Origin: Oscillospiraceae bacterium
Lineage (GTDB): Bacteria; Bacillota; Clostridia; Oscillospirales; Ruminococcaceae
Assembly (NCBI GenBank): GCA_036644375.1
Contig: JAVXQD010000002.1
Location: 13,897 to 77,896 of the forward strand
DNA: 64,000 nucleotides
Reading direction: 5' to 3'
The notes beneath the pieces are model-generated. The model was given only the letters and a program-made list of their open reading frames with translations, was not told the origin of the DNA and searched no databases. Both the position numbers and the translations under genes were made by a program. Positions 19,280 through 29,210 of this stretch are shown here, piece by piece (position 1 is the stretch's first letter; each line of letters starts with the position of its first letter).

Positions 19280-19537
19280 TTATTTCGCCTTATCCATAAT
19301 TTGTACGAGACGCCATCTCTTGTCCTTTGACAGCGGACGGGTCTCCATAATCATTACACGGTCACCGATGCCACACTCATTGTTTTCGTCATGTGCTTTG
19401 AACTTGACGGTGCGCTTAATAATTTTTTTGTAGAGAGGGTGCTGTACGCTGTCCTCAATGGCTACGACTATGGTCTTGTCCATTTTGTCGCTTACAACTT
19501 TTCCTACACGGGTTTTTCTTAAATTGCGTTCGCTCAT
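19280..19537 (-). CDS. rpsQ: 30S ribosomal protein S17
   Basis: uS17 translation in canonical position. Confidence 0.96.
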   Translation of the reverse strand: MSERNLRKTRVGKVVSDKMDKTIVVAIEDSVQHPLYKKIIKRTVKFKAHDENNECGIGDRVMIMETRPLSKDKRWRLVQIMDKAK

Positions 19538-19557
19538 TTAAACTTATCCTCCCTCTC

Positions 19558-19758
19558 TTATTCGTTTGTTGAAAGTTCCATTGCGCGTATCACTGTTTTA
19601 ACGCGGGCAATGTCTCTTTTAACATCTTTGATTCTGCCTGGATTTTCGAGTTGATTGATGGCGTGCTGGAAGCGAAGATTGAAAAGTTCGCCCTTAAGGT
19701 CAACAAGCTTTTCCTGCAACTCTTTAGCTGACATTTTGTTGAAGTCTGCTGCTTTCAT
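19558..19758 (-). CDS. rpmC: 50S ribosomal protein L29
   Basis: 66 aa; ...ELQEKLVDLKGELFNLRFQHA... matches uL29. Confidence 0.96.
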   Translation of the reverse strand: MKAADFNKMSAKELQEKLVDLKGELFNLRFQHAINQLENPGRIKDVKRDIARVKTVIRAMELSTNE

Positions 19759-20177
19759 TACTGCTCACCATCCTCTTTCTTGACAAATTTGCACTTGATG
19801 GGGAGCTTGTGCGCAGCAAGACGCATGGCCTCGCGTGCTGTAGCCTCATCAATACCGCTGATCTCGAACAACACACGGTCCGGCTTTACAACGGCTACCC
19901 AATATTCGGGACTGCCCTTACCGGAACCCATGCGGGTCTCGGCAGGTTTTTGTGTGACCGGCTTGTCGGGGAAGATTTTAATCCATACCTGACCGCCGCG
20001 CTTGATATAGCGGGTCATTGCGATACGGGCGGCTTCAATCTGATTTGATTTTATCCAGCCCGGCTCAACTGCCTGCAAACCGAACTCGCCGTAAGTCACC
20101 TTGTTGCCGCGGGTCGCTCTGCCCTTCATGCGGCCTCTGTGGACGCGGCGATACTTAACTCTTTTAGGTAAAAGCAT
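19758..20177 (-). CDS. rplP: 50S ribosomal protein L16
   Basis: [19 protein letters not shown]... matches uL16. Confidence 0.97.
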   Translation of the reverse strand: MLLPKRVKYRRVHRGRMKGRATRGNKVTYGEFGLQAVEPGWIKSNQIEAARIAMTRYIKRGGQVWIKIFPDKPVTQKPAETRMGSGKGSPEYWVAVVKPDRVLFEISGIDEATAREAMRLAAHKLPIKCKFVKKEDGEQ

Positions 20178-20842
20178 TACTTATTGCCTCCTTCCTTAGA
20201 GGTCTTCTTTACTGAACTGAGGATCTCACCCTTGTATATCCATGTCTTGATACCGATAAGTCCGTAGGTTGTATGTGCCTCTGCGAAACCGTAATCAATA
20301 TCTGCACGAAGTGTCTGGAGGGGTATTGTTCCCTCGTGATAGCTCTCCGAACGGGCGATATCGGCGCCGTTCAAACGGCCGCTGACCTGAACCTTGATGC
20401 CCTTTGTGCCCAGACGCATTGCACGCTGAATGCACTGCTTCATCGCACGGCGGAAAGCTGTGCGGCGTTCAAGCTGAGCCGCGATATTCTCTGCGACAAG
20501 CTGAGCGTCCACATCGGCACTTTTGATAGCCTCGATGCCGACTTTGACTGTTTTTCCCGTCTGTTTTCCGAGAAGTGTTTCGAGCTTTACAATTTCGTCT
20601 CCGCCGCGGCCGATTACCATGCCGGGCTTTGCGCAAAAGATTGTAAGGCGGACATTGCCCGTCGTGCGCTCGATTGTGATTTTTGAAATCCCTGCGGCGT
20701 AAAGAGTTTTCTTTACGTACTCGCGGAGCTTATAGTCTTCCAGAATCAGGTCGCCCATTTCGCTTTTCCTGACGAACCAGTTGGAATCCCATTTGTTGAT
20801 TACGCCCACGCGTAACCCGTGCGGGTTAACTTTCTGTCCCAT
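20177..20842 (-). CDS. rpsC: 30S ribosomal protein S3
   Basis: [23 protein letters not shown]... matches uS3. Confidence 0.97.
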   Translation of the reverse strand: MGQKVNPHGLRVGVINKWDSNWFVRKSEMGDLILEDYKLREYVKKTLYAAGISKITIERTTGNVRLTIFCAKPGMVIGRGGDEIVKLETLLGKQTGKTVKVGIEAIKSADVDAQLVAENIAAQLERRTAFRRAMKQCIQRAMRLGTKGIKVQVSGRLNGADIARSESYHEGTIPLQTLRADIDYGFAEAHTTYGLIGIKTWIYKGEILSSVKKTSKEGGNK

Positions 20843-20856
20843 TGTTTCCTCCCCCT

Positions 20857-21195
20857 TTAAGCTTCACGCTCTTTGAGAACTACGGTTATATGCGAAGATC
20901 TCTTGAGCACACGAAACGCTCTGCCCTGAGCTCTCGGACGTATACGTTTGAGAGTCGGACCCGGCGTCACGAAACATTCGGCCACATAAAGGGAGTTCTT
21001 ATCCATACTGAAATTGTTTTCAGCATTTGCCGCTGCCGATTTTACGAGCTTAAGAAGGGGCTCGCAGGCAGATTTCGGAGTATACTTCAATATTGCTAAA
21101 GCCTTCTCAAGGTTCTGATCGCGAATCATATCGAGAACAATCTGAACCTTGCGGGGCGCTATGCGGCAATATCTCAAAAATGCCTTAGCTTCCAT
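20857..21195 (-). CDS. rplV: 50S ribosomal protein L22
   Basis: uL22 translation in canonical position. Confidence 0.96.
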   Translation of the reverse strand: MEAKAFLRYCRIAPRKVQIVLDMIRDQNLEKALAILKYTPKSACEPLLKLVKSAAANAENNFSMDKNSLYVAECFVTPGPTLKRIRPRAQGRAFRVLKRSSHITVVLKEREA

Positions 21196-21215
21196 TTATA
21201 AATTTCCCCTTTTCC

Positions 21216-21488
21216 TTACTTCGTTGTCTTTGAACCGGCATGACCGCGGAACAGTCTTGTTGGAGCGAACTCGCCAAGCTTGTGTCCAACCATATCTTCG
21301 GTTACATATACAGGCACGTGTTTACGACCATCATGTACCGCAAAGGTATGTCCGACGAAATCCGGAAATATCGTCGAGGAGCGGCTCCATGTTTTCAAAA
21401 CGCGTTTTTCTCCCGCCGCGTTCATTGCCTTGACTCTCTTTATAAGAACAGGCTGAACGAAGGGTCCTTTTTTTACGCTTCTTCCCAT
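21216..21488 (-). CDS. rpsS: 30S ribosomal protein S19
   Basis: [11 protein letters not shown]...[27 protein letters not shown] matches uS19. Confidence 0.97.
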   Translation of the reverse strand: MGRSVKKGPFVQPVLIKRVKAMNAAGEKRVLKTWSRSSTIFPDFVGHTFAVHDGRKHVPVYVTEDMVGHKLGEFAPTRLFRGHAGSKTTK

Positions 21489-21503
21489 TTTTAAGCTCCT
21501 TTC

Positions 21504-22334
21504 TTAACCGTTGCGACGTTTGACAATGAACTTGTCAGAACGATGATGTTTCTTGCGAGTCTTATAGCCGAGTGTCGGCTTGCCCCACGGAGTGACAGGA
21601 CCCGGGCGTCCGACAGGAGCCTTGCCCTCGCCGCCGCCGTGCGGATGGTCGCACGGGTTCATTACAGAACCGCGCACTCCCGGACGAACACCCATGTGGC
21701 GCTTGCGTCCCGCCTTGCCGAGATTCACGTTGGCAAAATCGGTGTTTCCGACCTGGCCTATTGAAGCGTAGCAGTTTGCGAGAACGTTGCGAAGTTCGCC
21801 GCTGGGCAGACGAACAAGTGCATATGCACCCTCTTTAGCCATCAGCTGTGCGAGATTTCCGGCCGAGCGAACAAGCTGTGCGCCCTTTCCGGGGTAAATC
21901 TCGATGTTGTGGATAAATGTACCTACAGGTATATTTGAGAAAGGAAGCGCATTGCCCGGCTTGATGTCCGCGCCGGCTCCCGCAACAACAGTGTCTCCGA
22001 CCTTGAGGTCCACCGGAGCAATGATGTAGCGCTTCTCACCGTCTTCATACTTTACAAGTGCGATATGAGCTGTTCTGTTGGGATCATACTCGAGCGAAAC
22101 AACCTGTGCGGGCATGTCTCTCTTATCGCGCTTGAAGTCTATTACACGGTATTTCTGACGGTTTCCGCCGCCCTGATGGCGAACGGTAATGCGGCCTGTG
22201 TTATTTCGGCCGCTGTGTTTCTTTTTCGGTTCGAGCAAGCTTTTTTCCGGCTCTACCTTCGACAATACCGAATAATCGGTAACGGTCATGCCGCGGCGAC
22301 CCGGTGTTGTCGGCTTGAACTTTTTAATTGCCAT
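21504..22334 (-). CDS. rplB: 50S ribosomal protein L2
   Basis: 276 aa; ...[17 protein letters not shown]... matches uL2. Confidence 0.97.
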   Translation of the reverse strand: MAIKKFKPTTPGRRGMTVTDYSVLSKVEPEKSLLEPKKKHSGRNNTGRITVRHQGGGNRQKYRVIDFKRDKRDMPAQVVSLEYDPNRTAHIALVKYEDGEKRYIIAPVDLKVGDTVVAGAGADIKPGNALPFSNIPVGTFIHNIEIYPGKGAQLVRSAGNLAQLMAKEGAYALVRLPSGELRNVLANCYASIGQVGNTDFANVNLGKAGRKRHMGVRPGVRGSVMNPCDHPHGGGEGKAPVGRPGPVTPWGKPTLGYKTRKKHHRSDKFIVKRRNG

Positions 22335-22550
22335 CTTTCCTTATTCTCCTTATGAGCTTTGCGGGAGCACTGTTTCATCTCCCATACTTTGCCCGCGCCT
22401 AAAGCCGGGGCTTCAATTTGAAAGCAATTCTGCGGCGTCACTTTGAATTCCGCGCCCGCAGTGTCCGGGCGGCAGTGTCAAGGGAAGTTCGCCCTCAAAC
22501 GAGTGACGGTGCGCAATACGGCATGTCATTTGTTAAAATGACCCGCACGT
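22335..22550 (-). other. Unusually long (216 nt), hairpin-rich intercistronic spacer between rplW and rplB
   Basis: No ORF with an SD sequence. On the transcript strand there are several stems: GTGCG...CGCAC enclosing GTCAT-N8-ATGAC, CGCCCG-N6-CGGGCG, and GCGGG...GGGAG-N11-CTCCC-GC. Confidence 0.6.
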
Positions 22551-22844
22551 TTAGGTCATGCTCTCAAAGAACGCAATACCCTTGCTTTCGGGCTTGAGGG
22601 TAACGATAGCTTTTTTCCACTTGGCCGTGTAACCGCTGTGCGCGCCCTGACGGCGAAGCTGTCCGGGTACGTTCATGGTATTTACTTTGCAGACCTTTAC
22701 ATCGAAAAGCTTCTCGACTGCTTGCGCGATTTCGATTTTTCCGGCATCGTTAGCAACCTTGAAGGTATACTTTTTCAAGCCGGTAGCCGCCATGCTTTTT
22801 TCTGTGATGACGGGAGCGAGGATTATATCCTGTGCTGCTTTCAT
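22551..22844 (-). CDS. rplW: 50S ribosomal protein L23
   Basis: uL23 translation; 1-nt overlap with the rplD stop region. Confidence 0.96.
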   Translation of the reverse strand: MKAAQDIILAPVITEKSMAATGLKKYTFKVANDAGKIEIAQAVEKLFDVKVCKVNTMNVPGQLRRQGAHSGYTAKWKKAIVTLKPESKGIAFFESMT

Positions 22845-23467
22845 TATGCGTAAACCTCCTCAATCATCTTGACCGCGTCAAGAGCGATGATGCACTTGCC
22901 GCAGTTGAGGATATCGTACACGTTAATCGTGTTGAAGAGTGCTGTTTTGCATCCCTCGATATTGGAAGCGCTCTTGACGACAAACTCGTTTTTCTCGGGC
23001 ATTACGATCATTGCTTTGCGGTCGGCGCCGAGTGCGGTGAGCATCGAGACCATCTGTCTTGTCTTGAACCCGTCCATCGCAATCTTGTCGACAATGATGA
23101 GCTCGCCCGACGCAACCTTTGCGGAGAGAGCGGAAAGCATGGCGAGACGCCTTACCTTCTTGTTCATCGAAATCCTGTAATCGCGCGGCTTGGGTCCGAG
23201 TGCAATTCCGCCGTGTGTCCACTGCGGCGCTCTCGTCGAGCCCTGACGTGCGCGGCCTGTGCCCTTCTGACGATAGGGCTTTCTGCCTCCGCCGCGAACT
23301 TCGCTGCGTGTCTTTGTGCTCTGTGTGCCCTGACGCTGGTTTGCGAGATAGTTGACCACCGCAGCGTGCATGACAATTTTGTTGGGCGTAATACCGAATA
23401 CAGCGTCCGAAAGCTCTACAGTGGATACCTCTTTGCCCGCCATATCGTATACTTTTAGCTTAGCCAT
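22844..23467 (-). CDS. rplD: 50S ribosomal protein L4
   Basis: The ORF track extends to 23554, but ATG 23467 (MAKLKVYDMAGKEV...) has GGAGG 7-8 nt upstream and lies 13 nt after the rplC stop. Confidence 0.95.
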   Translation of the reverse strand: MAKLKVYDMAGKEVSTVELSDAVFGITPNKIVMHAAVVNYLANQRQGTQSTKTRSEVRGGGRKPYRQKGTGRARQGSTRAPQWTHGGIALGPKPRDYRISMNKKVRRLAMLSALSAKVASGELIIVDKIAMDGFKTRQMVSMLTALGADRKAMIVMPEKNEFVVKSASNIEGCKTALFNTINVYDILNCGKCIIALDAVKMIEEVYA

Positions 23468-23480
23468 GATATATCCTCCT

Positions 23481-24116
23481 TTAAGCTTTCTTGACGGCAT
23501 CGGTGATGCAGACGATTGCGCCCTTAGGTCCCGGAACGGCACCCTTGATTGCAATTAAATTGTTCTCTGCGTCAACCTTGACGACCGTCAGGTTTTGTAC
23601 TGTGACCTTCTCACATCCGAGGTGACCGGGGAGCTTCTTGCCCTTCATAACTCTTGATGGGCTTGATGCGGCGCCGTTCGAGCCAGCGTGACGGTGAACA
23701 GGACCTGTACCGTGAGTGTCTTTCAGGCTGTGGAGATTCCAGCGTTTGATGACGCCCGCTGTTCCCTTGCCCTTGCTTGTTCCGGATACGTCGATTGTGT
23801 CGCCGCATTCGAAGGTGTCAGCCTTTACGATATCACCGACGCTGAAAGCGCCCGTGTCGCTGAGTCTGAACTCGCGAAGAAATTTCTTGTAAGCTACATC
23901 AGCTTTCTTGAAATGTCCCTGCATTGGTTTGTTTGTGCCCTTAATCGTTGCGTCTCCGAAACCGAGCTGAACTGCTGTGTATCCGTCATTCTCAGCTGTC
24001 TTCTTCTGAACGACAACGCATGGTCCTGCTTCAACGATTGTCACCGGCACGATTTTTGAGTTTTCGTCAAAAATCTGAGTCATGCCGATTTTCTTTCCGA
24101 TGATTCCTTTTTGCAC
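23481..24116 (-). CDS. rplC: 50S ribosomal protein L3
   Basis: [33 protein letters not shown]... matches uL3. Confidence 0.97.
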   Translation of the reverse strand: MQKGIIGKKIGMTQIFDENSKIVPVTIVEAGPCVVVQKKTAENDGYTAVQLGFGDATIKGTNKPMQGHFKKADVAYKKFLREFRLSDTGAFSVGDIVKADTFECGDTIDVSGTSKGKGTAGVIKRWNLHSLKDTHGTGPVHRHAGSNGAASSPSRVMKGKKLPGHLGCEKVTVQNLTVVKVDAENNLIAIKGAVPGPKGAIVCITDAVKKA

Positions 24117-24188
24117 TTGGGGTATCCTCCTTGTAGGTTATTGGTTGATTCCTTTTGAACCAACTTGACCCGTAGCAACGTGTGAAGA

Positions 24189-24500
24189 TCAGAGCTTCAT
24201 CTCAATCTCAACGCCGGCGGGGAGCTGCAGACTTGTCAGGGCATCAACTGTCTTGTTAGACGGCTTAAGGATGTCGATAAGTCTTTTGTGGGTTCTCATC
24301 TCGAACTGCTCACGGCTGTCCTTGTACTTGTGAACGGCGCGAAGCACTGTGACAATTTCCTTGTCGGTGGGAAGTGGAATCGGTCCGCTGACGCGTGCGC
24401 CCGTGCGCTTTGCCGTCTCAACGATTGTCTCCGCTGCCTTGTCGACCTGCTCATGGTCATAGCCCTTGATTCGAATCCTGATTTTGGTTTTGACTGCCAT
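24189..24500 (-). CDS. rpsJ: 30S ribosomal protein S10
   Basis: ...[39 protein letters not shown]... matches uS10. Confidence 0.97.
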   Translation of the reverse strand: MAVKTKIRIRIKGYDHEQVDKAAETIVETAKRTGARVSGPIPLPTDKEIVTVLRAVHKYKDSREQFEMRTHKRLIDILKPSNKTVDALTSLQLPAGVEIEMKL

Positions 24501-24797
24501 TTGTACGCCTCCTGTGTTTTGTTTTGGCGAACGATTTACAACACTGTGCCGCGCGTATCGCGCTCTCTCATTTTAAAATCCGGCAAAACCTTCCCTATTG
24601 AAAGTTTTATCCGGCGTTGAATCGTGTCAGGCACGGTTCGGCTGTTTTAAAACGCGACAGCGGATGAATTGCTTCATCATGTCCATACAGCTGCAATATT
24701 GTATTTTCGCCCGGTTCTTAAGACTCGGACATACTCGGCGGAAAAACCCGTAAAAATCACGGCAACCTCCCGCTTCAACGCATATCGTCGCAGTCAC
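24501..24797 (-). promoter_or_regulatory. ~300-nt 5' leader of the S10 operon (predicted TSS near 24797), function unknown
   Basis: The distance from the predicted promoter to the rpsJ ATG is ~297 nt. It contains hairpins (CCGT-N7-ACGG+GTTTTT; GCGCG-ATA-CGCGC; CCGGATAAAAC...GTTTTGCCGG) and no convincing ORF. Confidence 0.5.
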
Positions 24798-24803
24798 TTA
24801 TGT

Positions 24804-24832
24804 ATTATACAAAAAAAGTCCCGCAATTGCAA
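24804..24832 (-). promoter_or_regulatory. SigA-type promoter for the S10 operon
   Basis: On the minus strand: TTGCAA (24832-24827), 17-nt spacer, TATAAT (24809-24804). Confidence 0.7.
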
Positions 24833-24842
24833 GACTTTTTTT
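24811..24842 (-). terminator. A/T-flanked hairpin, probable acpP terminator overlapping the S10 promoter -35
   Basis: AAAAAAAGTC 24811-24820 and GACTTTTTTT 24833-24842 are complementary around a 12-nt loop. Confidence 0.5.
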
Positions 24843-24982
24843 ACCGAATTATAATTTTTTTCAGCGGCTGCATATTTAACGGGATTTCTTCGCAATGACG
24901 AGTTGATTTGCAAAGCTTTTAAATGCAATCCGGCGCAGGGGAAAAAGTCGGACCGAACTCGCGGTTCCTTGTTCGGCATTGA

Positions 24983-25210
24983 CTATTCGTTCGCTTCAAT
25001 GTACTTCACAAGATCTCCGACGAGCTTGATGTTCTCAATTTCTTCATCGGGGATTTCGAGATCGAATTCTTCCTCAAGAGACATGATAAGATCCACGACA
25101 TCAAGTGAATCTGCACCCAAGTCGTCGACAATGCTCGATTCCATTGTGATCTTGTCTTCTTCGATGTCCAGCTGCTCACACAGCATATCTCTGATTTTTT
25201 CGAATACCAT
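24983..25210 (-). CDS. acpP: Acyl carrier protein
   Basis: ATG 25210 has AAGGAG 8 nt upstream. The sequence [57 protein letters not shown] contains the DSLD phosphopantetheine attachment motif. Confidence 0.93.
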   Translation of the reverse strand: MVFEKIRDMLCEQLDIEEDKITMESSIVDDLGADSLDVVDLIMSLEEEFDLEIPDEEIENIKLVGDLVKYIEANE

Positions 25211-25255
25211 TATAAACACTCCTTGTTAGTTGGCGGAAATTTAGTACTGCAATAT

Positions 25256-25284
25256 TATATACAGGTTTTCTTAATTATTGTCAA
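25256..25284 (-). promoter_or_regulatory. Candidate SigA promoter for acpP
   Basis: On the minus strand: TTGACA (25284-25279), 17 nt, TATATA (25261-25256). Confidence 0.55.
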
Positions 25285-25621
25285 CACTTTTTTGGCGTCA
25301 CCTTCAAAGTAAATTCGACTTATTTTCACTTCCATGTATATATATTGACAAAAGCGCGGATTTTTATCGGAAAACATTTTAAATTTGACAGGTCGTATTC
25401 ATGATTTCCGCATCCGTTTACAATAGTATAAGCATTTATACCTTTGTAATGTCAATAGCCTATTCCAAATAAATTGAAAATATTCCGTTTTTATGCTACA
25501 GTTTTCAAGCGGGCAGTTTCGGCGCCCATTATTTAAGTATATTATCCATTTAAACGGATACCCGCAATGTGCAGTCTGAACAGCGCTTTTCAAAACAATG
25601 AAATCGGAGATAAATAAACAT

Positions 25622-26272
25622 ATGTATAAGCTCTGCGCTTTTGACCTTGACGGAACTCTTGTGAATACCATCAACGACATTTCCGACTCGTTGAACCACT
25701 GCCTTGAACAGCTCGGCTTCCCCACCCACCCCGAAAGTGCATATCCGCGCATGGTCGGCGACGGGATGCGTATGATCTGCCTCAGAGCCCTGCCCGAGGA
25801 GCACAAGGACTCGGTGGACGAGCTTGTCGGCCTTTACAAGGATAGATATCTCAATCACTGCTGTGACCGCAGCGAGCCTTACGGCGGGGTCTGCGAGCTC
25901 TTGTCGCGGCTTTCCGAAAGCGGCGTGAAATGCGCCGTTGTCTCAAATAAGCCGCACGAGCAGACTCGGCGCGTTGCGGACAGGTATTTTTCGGGCATGG
26001 ATTTTTCACTCGTATTGGGTCAGTCGGACAATATTCCGCGCAAGCCCGCCCCCGACATGCTGCTGTATGCCGCAGAGCGGTGCGGCGTCACCGCCGAGGA
26101 GACAATTTATGTCGGAGACTCGGACGTTGATGTGGTTTTCGCCCATTCCGCCGGCATTAAGTGCATCGGAGTCGAATGGGGCTTCCGAGGAAAAGAAGAG
26201 TTGAAAAGAGCGGGCGCAGATTACATAACCGGCTCGTGCGACGAGATTTTCGAGCTGGTGAGCGGGAAATAA
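25622..26272 (+). CDS. HAD-superfamily hydrolase (phosphoglycolate phosphatase-like)
   Basis: MYKLCAFDLDGTLVNT (DxDGT motif I), ...VSNKP... (motif II) and ...YVGDSDVD... (motif IV). Start chosen at ATG 25622; the ORF track starts at 25598. Confidence 0.85.
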   Translation: MYKLCAFDLDGTLVNTINDISDSLNHCLEQLGFPTHPESAYPRMVGDGMRMICLRALPEEHKDSVDELVGLYKDRYLNHCCDRSEPYGGVCELLSRLSESGVKCAVVSNKPHEQTRRVADRYFSGMDFSLVLGQSDNIPRKPAPDMLLYAAERCGVTAEETIYVGDSDVDVVFAHSAGIKCIGVEWGFRGKEELKRAGADYITGSCDEIFELVSGK

Positions 26273-26293
26273 TCTAATGCATATGGCATGGCA

Positions 26294-26503
26294 TTATCCG
26301 ACTTTTTCACAGATGTATGCCCACCGAAGTCCGAAGCGCGTGCCTGTATTTATCTCGGTGACCTTATACAGTTTATCACCGATACGGAAGGTCACCGGAC
26401 TTTTTCTGCCGACAAACTCAATTGCCATGTTTTTGTCCCCGAAATATTTTACAAGCTCCGCGCACAGCGCCCCGGTGTTCTCAGGCCTGTCACAGAGTGT
26501 CAT
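26294..26503 (-). CDS. Hypothetical small protein; coding status doubtful
   Basis: 69-codon ORF with no recognisable family and a poor SD at 26503. An internal ATG (MAIEFVG...) has GGGGA upstream. Confidence 0.25.
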   Translation of the reverse strand: MTLCDRPENTGALCAELVKYFGDKNMAIEFVGRKSPVTFRIGDKLYKVTEINTGTRFGLRWAYICEKVG

Positions 26504-26569
26504 CCTATATTTTTACCGAACACTGTATCTGCTCCCCTCCCCCGCACCGTGCGGGATTTGACGATTCAT

Positions 26570-26616
26570 AAAAAGGTCCGCGCTGCTCATAATTCGATGA
26601 GCAGCGCGGACCTTTT
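26570..26616 (-). terminator. Strong bidirectional rho-independent terminator after the PEP carboxykinase gene
   Basis: GGTCCGCGCTGCTCAT 26575-26590 pairs perfectly with ATGAGCAGCGCGGACC 26597-26612, flanked by AAAAA and TTTT. Confidence 0.9.
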
Positions 26617-26653
26617 AGTTATTCGGAATCAGCGAGCTTTCGCAATTATTGCA

Positions 26654-28423
26654 TTAAGCCTTTGCAAGTCTCGCACGAAGAGCACTGAGCTCCTCATTGA
26701 GCTTTGCGGGGAGCTTGTCGCCGAATTTCTTGTAGAATTCCTCAATGCCGTCCGCTTCCGCAGTCCAGAGATCCTTGTCAACCGAAAGGAGGTCACGAAC
26801 TACGTCGACGTTGATGTCAAGTCCTTCAATTTCGATATCCTCAGGCTTGGGCTCGTAGCCGATTGCTGTCTCAACAGCCTCGACCTCGCCCTTGCAGCGC
26901 TTGAGCATCCACATGAGAACACGCATGTTGTCCCCGAAGCCCGGCCAGATAAAGTTGCCGTTATCGTCTGTGCGGAACCAGTTTACATTGAATATCTTAG
27001 GTGCTTTGTCGCCGAGCTTTTCGCCCATCTCGAGCCAGTGAGCAAAATAGTCGCCCATGTGATATCCGCAGAACGGCAGCATTGCCATCGGGTCGCGGCG
27101 AACAACGCCCACGGCACCGGTTGCGGCGGCTGTTGTCTCCGAGGCCATGATTGAGCCGACGAACACGCCGTGTGCCCAGTCAAACGACTGATAGACCAGC
27201 GGAGCTGTCTTTGCGCGGCGTCCGCCGAAGAGAATGCAGGATACCGGCACTCCGTTTGCGTTTTCAAACTCGGAGCTGATGCACGGGCAGTTTACCGCAG
27301 GAGCCGTGAAGCGGCTGTTCGGATGAGCGCCCTTGCCCTTTTCGGCATCGCCGTTCCAGACCTCGCCCTTCCAGTTCAGGCTGTTTTTGGGCGGGTTTTT
27401 GTCAAGGCCTTCCCACCAAACCGTGTTGTCGTCCAGATTGTGAACAACGTTGGTGAAGATGGCGTTTTTCTTTGTTGATTCAAGCGCATTGAAGTTGGAA
27501 TGCGCGTTTGTGCCGGGAGCAACGCCGAAAAATCCGTTCTCGGGATTTATCGCATAAAGTCTGCCGTCAGCTCCGATACGCAGCCAGGCGATATCGTCGC
27601 CCACACACCAGACCTTGTATCCCTTCTTTGCATAAACCTCGGGGGGAATGAGCATTGCGAGGTTTGTCTTGCCGCATGCGCTCGGGAAAGCGGCTGTGAT
27701 ATAGTTGACCTCTCCGTTCGGGTCCTCAATTCCGAGAATGAGCATATGCTCCGCCATCCAGCCCTCGCGGCGTCCCTGATTGGAGGCAATGCGAAGCGCG
27801 AAGCACTTTTTGCCGAGAAGGACGTTGCCGCCGTAGCCTGAGTTGACAGACCATATTGCGTTGTCCTCTGGGAAGTGGCAGATATATCTCTTCTCCTCGT
27901 CGAGCTCGGCCTTTGAGTGCACTCCGCGAACCCAGTCATTGCTGTCTCCGAGCGCGTCAAGAACCTTCTGTCCGACTCTCGTCATGATGTCCATTGAAAG
28001 AACAACATAAATCGAGTCCGTGACCTCAACGCCGACCTTTGAGAGCTTTGAGCCGACAGGTCCCATCGAATAAGGGATAACATACATTGTGCGGCCATTC
28101 ATTGCCCCGTCAAATATGGGCTTGAGCATATCGTATGCCTTTTGTGTTTCCATCCAGTTGTTTGTAGGTCCCGCGTTCTCTTCTTTCTCGGTGCAGATAA
28201 AGGTGCGTCCCTCGACACGCGCGACGTCGTTGACGGCGCTGCGGTGCAGATAGCATCCCGGAAGCTTTTCCTGGTTGAGCTTAATCATCTCGCCTGAGGC
28301 CTCACCCTTTGCGCGAAGTGAATTAAGCTGTTCGTCACTTCCGTCAATCCACATAACGGATTCGGGCTTTAAAAGTGCTTTGCACTCGTCAACCCATGCG
28401 AGCAGTTTTTTGTTGGTTGTCAT
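26654..28423 (-). CDS. pckG: Phosphoenolpyruvate carboxykinase (GTP-dependent type)
   Basis: 589 aa with the kinase-1a P-loop context ...FPSACGKTNLAM... and overall GTP-PEPCK architecture. Confidence 0.92.
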   Translation of the reverse strand: MTTNKKLLAWVDECKALLKPESVMWIDGSDEQLNSLRAKGEASGEMIKLNQEKLPGCYLHRSAVNDVARVEGRTFICTEKEENAGPTNNWMETQKAYDMLKPIFDGAMNGRTMYVIPYSMGPVGSKLSKVGVEVTDSIYVVLSMDIMTRVGQKVLDALGDSNDWVRGVHSKAELDEEKRYICHFPEDNAIWSVNSGYGGNVLLGKKCFALRIASNQGRREGWMAEHMLILGIEDPNGEVNYITAAFPSACGKTNLAMLIPPEVYAKKGYKVWCVGDDIAWLRIGADGRLYAINPENGFFGVAPGTNAHSNFNALESTKKNAIFTNVVHNLDDNTVWWEGLDKNPPKNSLNWKGEVWNGDAEKGKGAHPNSRFTAPAVNCPCISSEFENANGVPVSCILFGGRRAKTAPLVYQSFDWAHGVFVGSIMASETTAAATGAVGVVRRDPMAMLPFCGYHMGDYFAHWLEMGEKLGDKAPKIFNVNWFRTDDNGNFIWPGFGDNMRVLMWMLKRCKGEVEAVETAIGYEPKPEDIEIEGLDINVDVVRDLLSVDKDLWTAEADGIEEFYKKFGDKLPAKLNEELSALRARLAKA

Positions 28424-28604
28424 ATAGTTTCTCCTTTTTGAAAATCTTTGAATTATACAAAGTCCAAATTTTCACCAAATACATTATAGCAAAAATTATC
28501 CAGACTTTTCAATTGCTAAAATGTTAATTTACAAAATTCACGCGTTAATTTTTTGTCAAAGTTTTTGTGCATAATGCCCTATTTTTGAAAACGCAAGCAT
28601 CAAT

Positions 28605-29111
28605 TCAAACAATAAGCTCGGATTTATATCTGCTTATCAGCTCGTCAAGACTTAAGGCGGCATTCGCGGGGCTTGTTGAGGGCATGGCGATAATCTCCCG
28701 CCCGGTCTTATCCTCACAATATCTTTTGTACAGCCCTGCCGCCGTCAATCCGTTTGCAATTATTTTTTCGATTCTGCAACTGTTTAAAATTCTGCCTATA
28801 TCGTTCGGCTCGACATTTTTTATGCTCGCATCTGACGAGCCCGATATTTCGCAGCTTCCGACGACATCCCACAGTGCGATATTGCACTCGAGCAGAAATT
28901 TTATTTTCTGCTCGGTCGTCGTCGGAGCTTCGCGGGAGAAAACCCCCGCGAGCATTTTCCAAAACCTATTGCGCGGATGCCCGTAATAAAATCCGCTCTC
29001 ACGCGATTTTACCGATGGAAAGCTTCCGAGAATCAGCACTCTCGATCTCTCATCGCATATCGGCTCAAGCGTGTGGGTCAGCCTATCATACTTATTCTCT
29101 GACATTGTCAT
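28605..29111 (-). CDS. DNA-deoxyinosine (hypoxanthine) glycosylase, uracil-DNA glycosylase superfamily
   Basis: ...VLILGSFPSVKSRESGFYYGHPRNRFWKML... and ...MPSTSPANA... are motifs of this small UDG-like family. Confidence 0.75.
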   Translation of the reverse strand: MTMSENKYDRLTHTLEPICDERSRVLILGSFPSVKSRESGFYYGHPRNRFWKMLAGVFSREAPTTTEQKIKFLLECNIALWDVVGSCEISGSSDASIKNVEPNDIGRILNSCRIEKIIANGLTAAGLYKRYCEDKTGREIIAMPSTSPANAALSLDELISRYKSELIV

Positions 29112-29210
29112 ATTATTCCGGTAAACATTTATTTTGACGGCGCGCTTAGTTTGTTTTCATGGTAAATCGCACAGGCGGTCCGCCCTCAATTTCATCGTGT
29201 CGAATTGCTC

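Noticed and set aside
22430-22530. A ~30-codon ORF (MTCRIAHRHSFEGELPLTLPPGHCGRGIQS) inside the rplW-rplB spacer.
   Set aside because: No SD upstream of its ATG, an implausible composition, and a better explanation as part of a structured RNA spacer.
24935-24980. A hairpin directly after the acpP stop (CCGAAC-N13-GTTCGG followed by a T run), considered as the acpP terminator.
   Set aside because: It has only a 6-bp stem with a 13-nt loop. The A/T-flanked hairpin at 24811-24842 is the more credible terminator, so I did not list this one as a feature.
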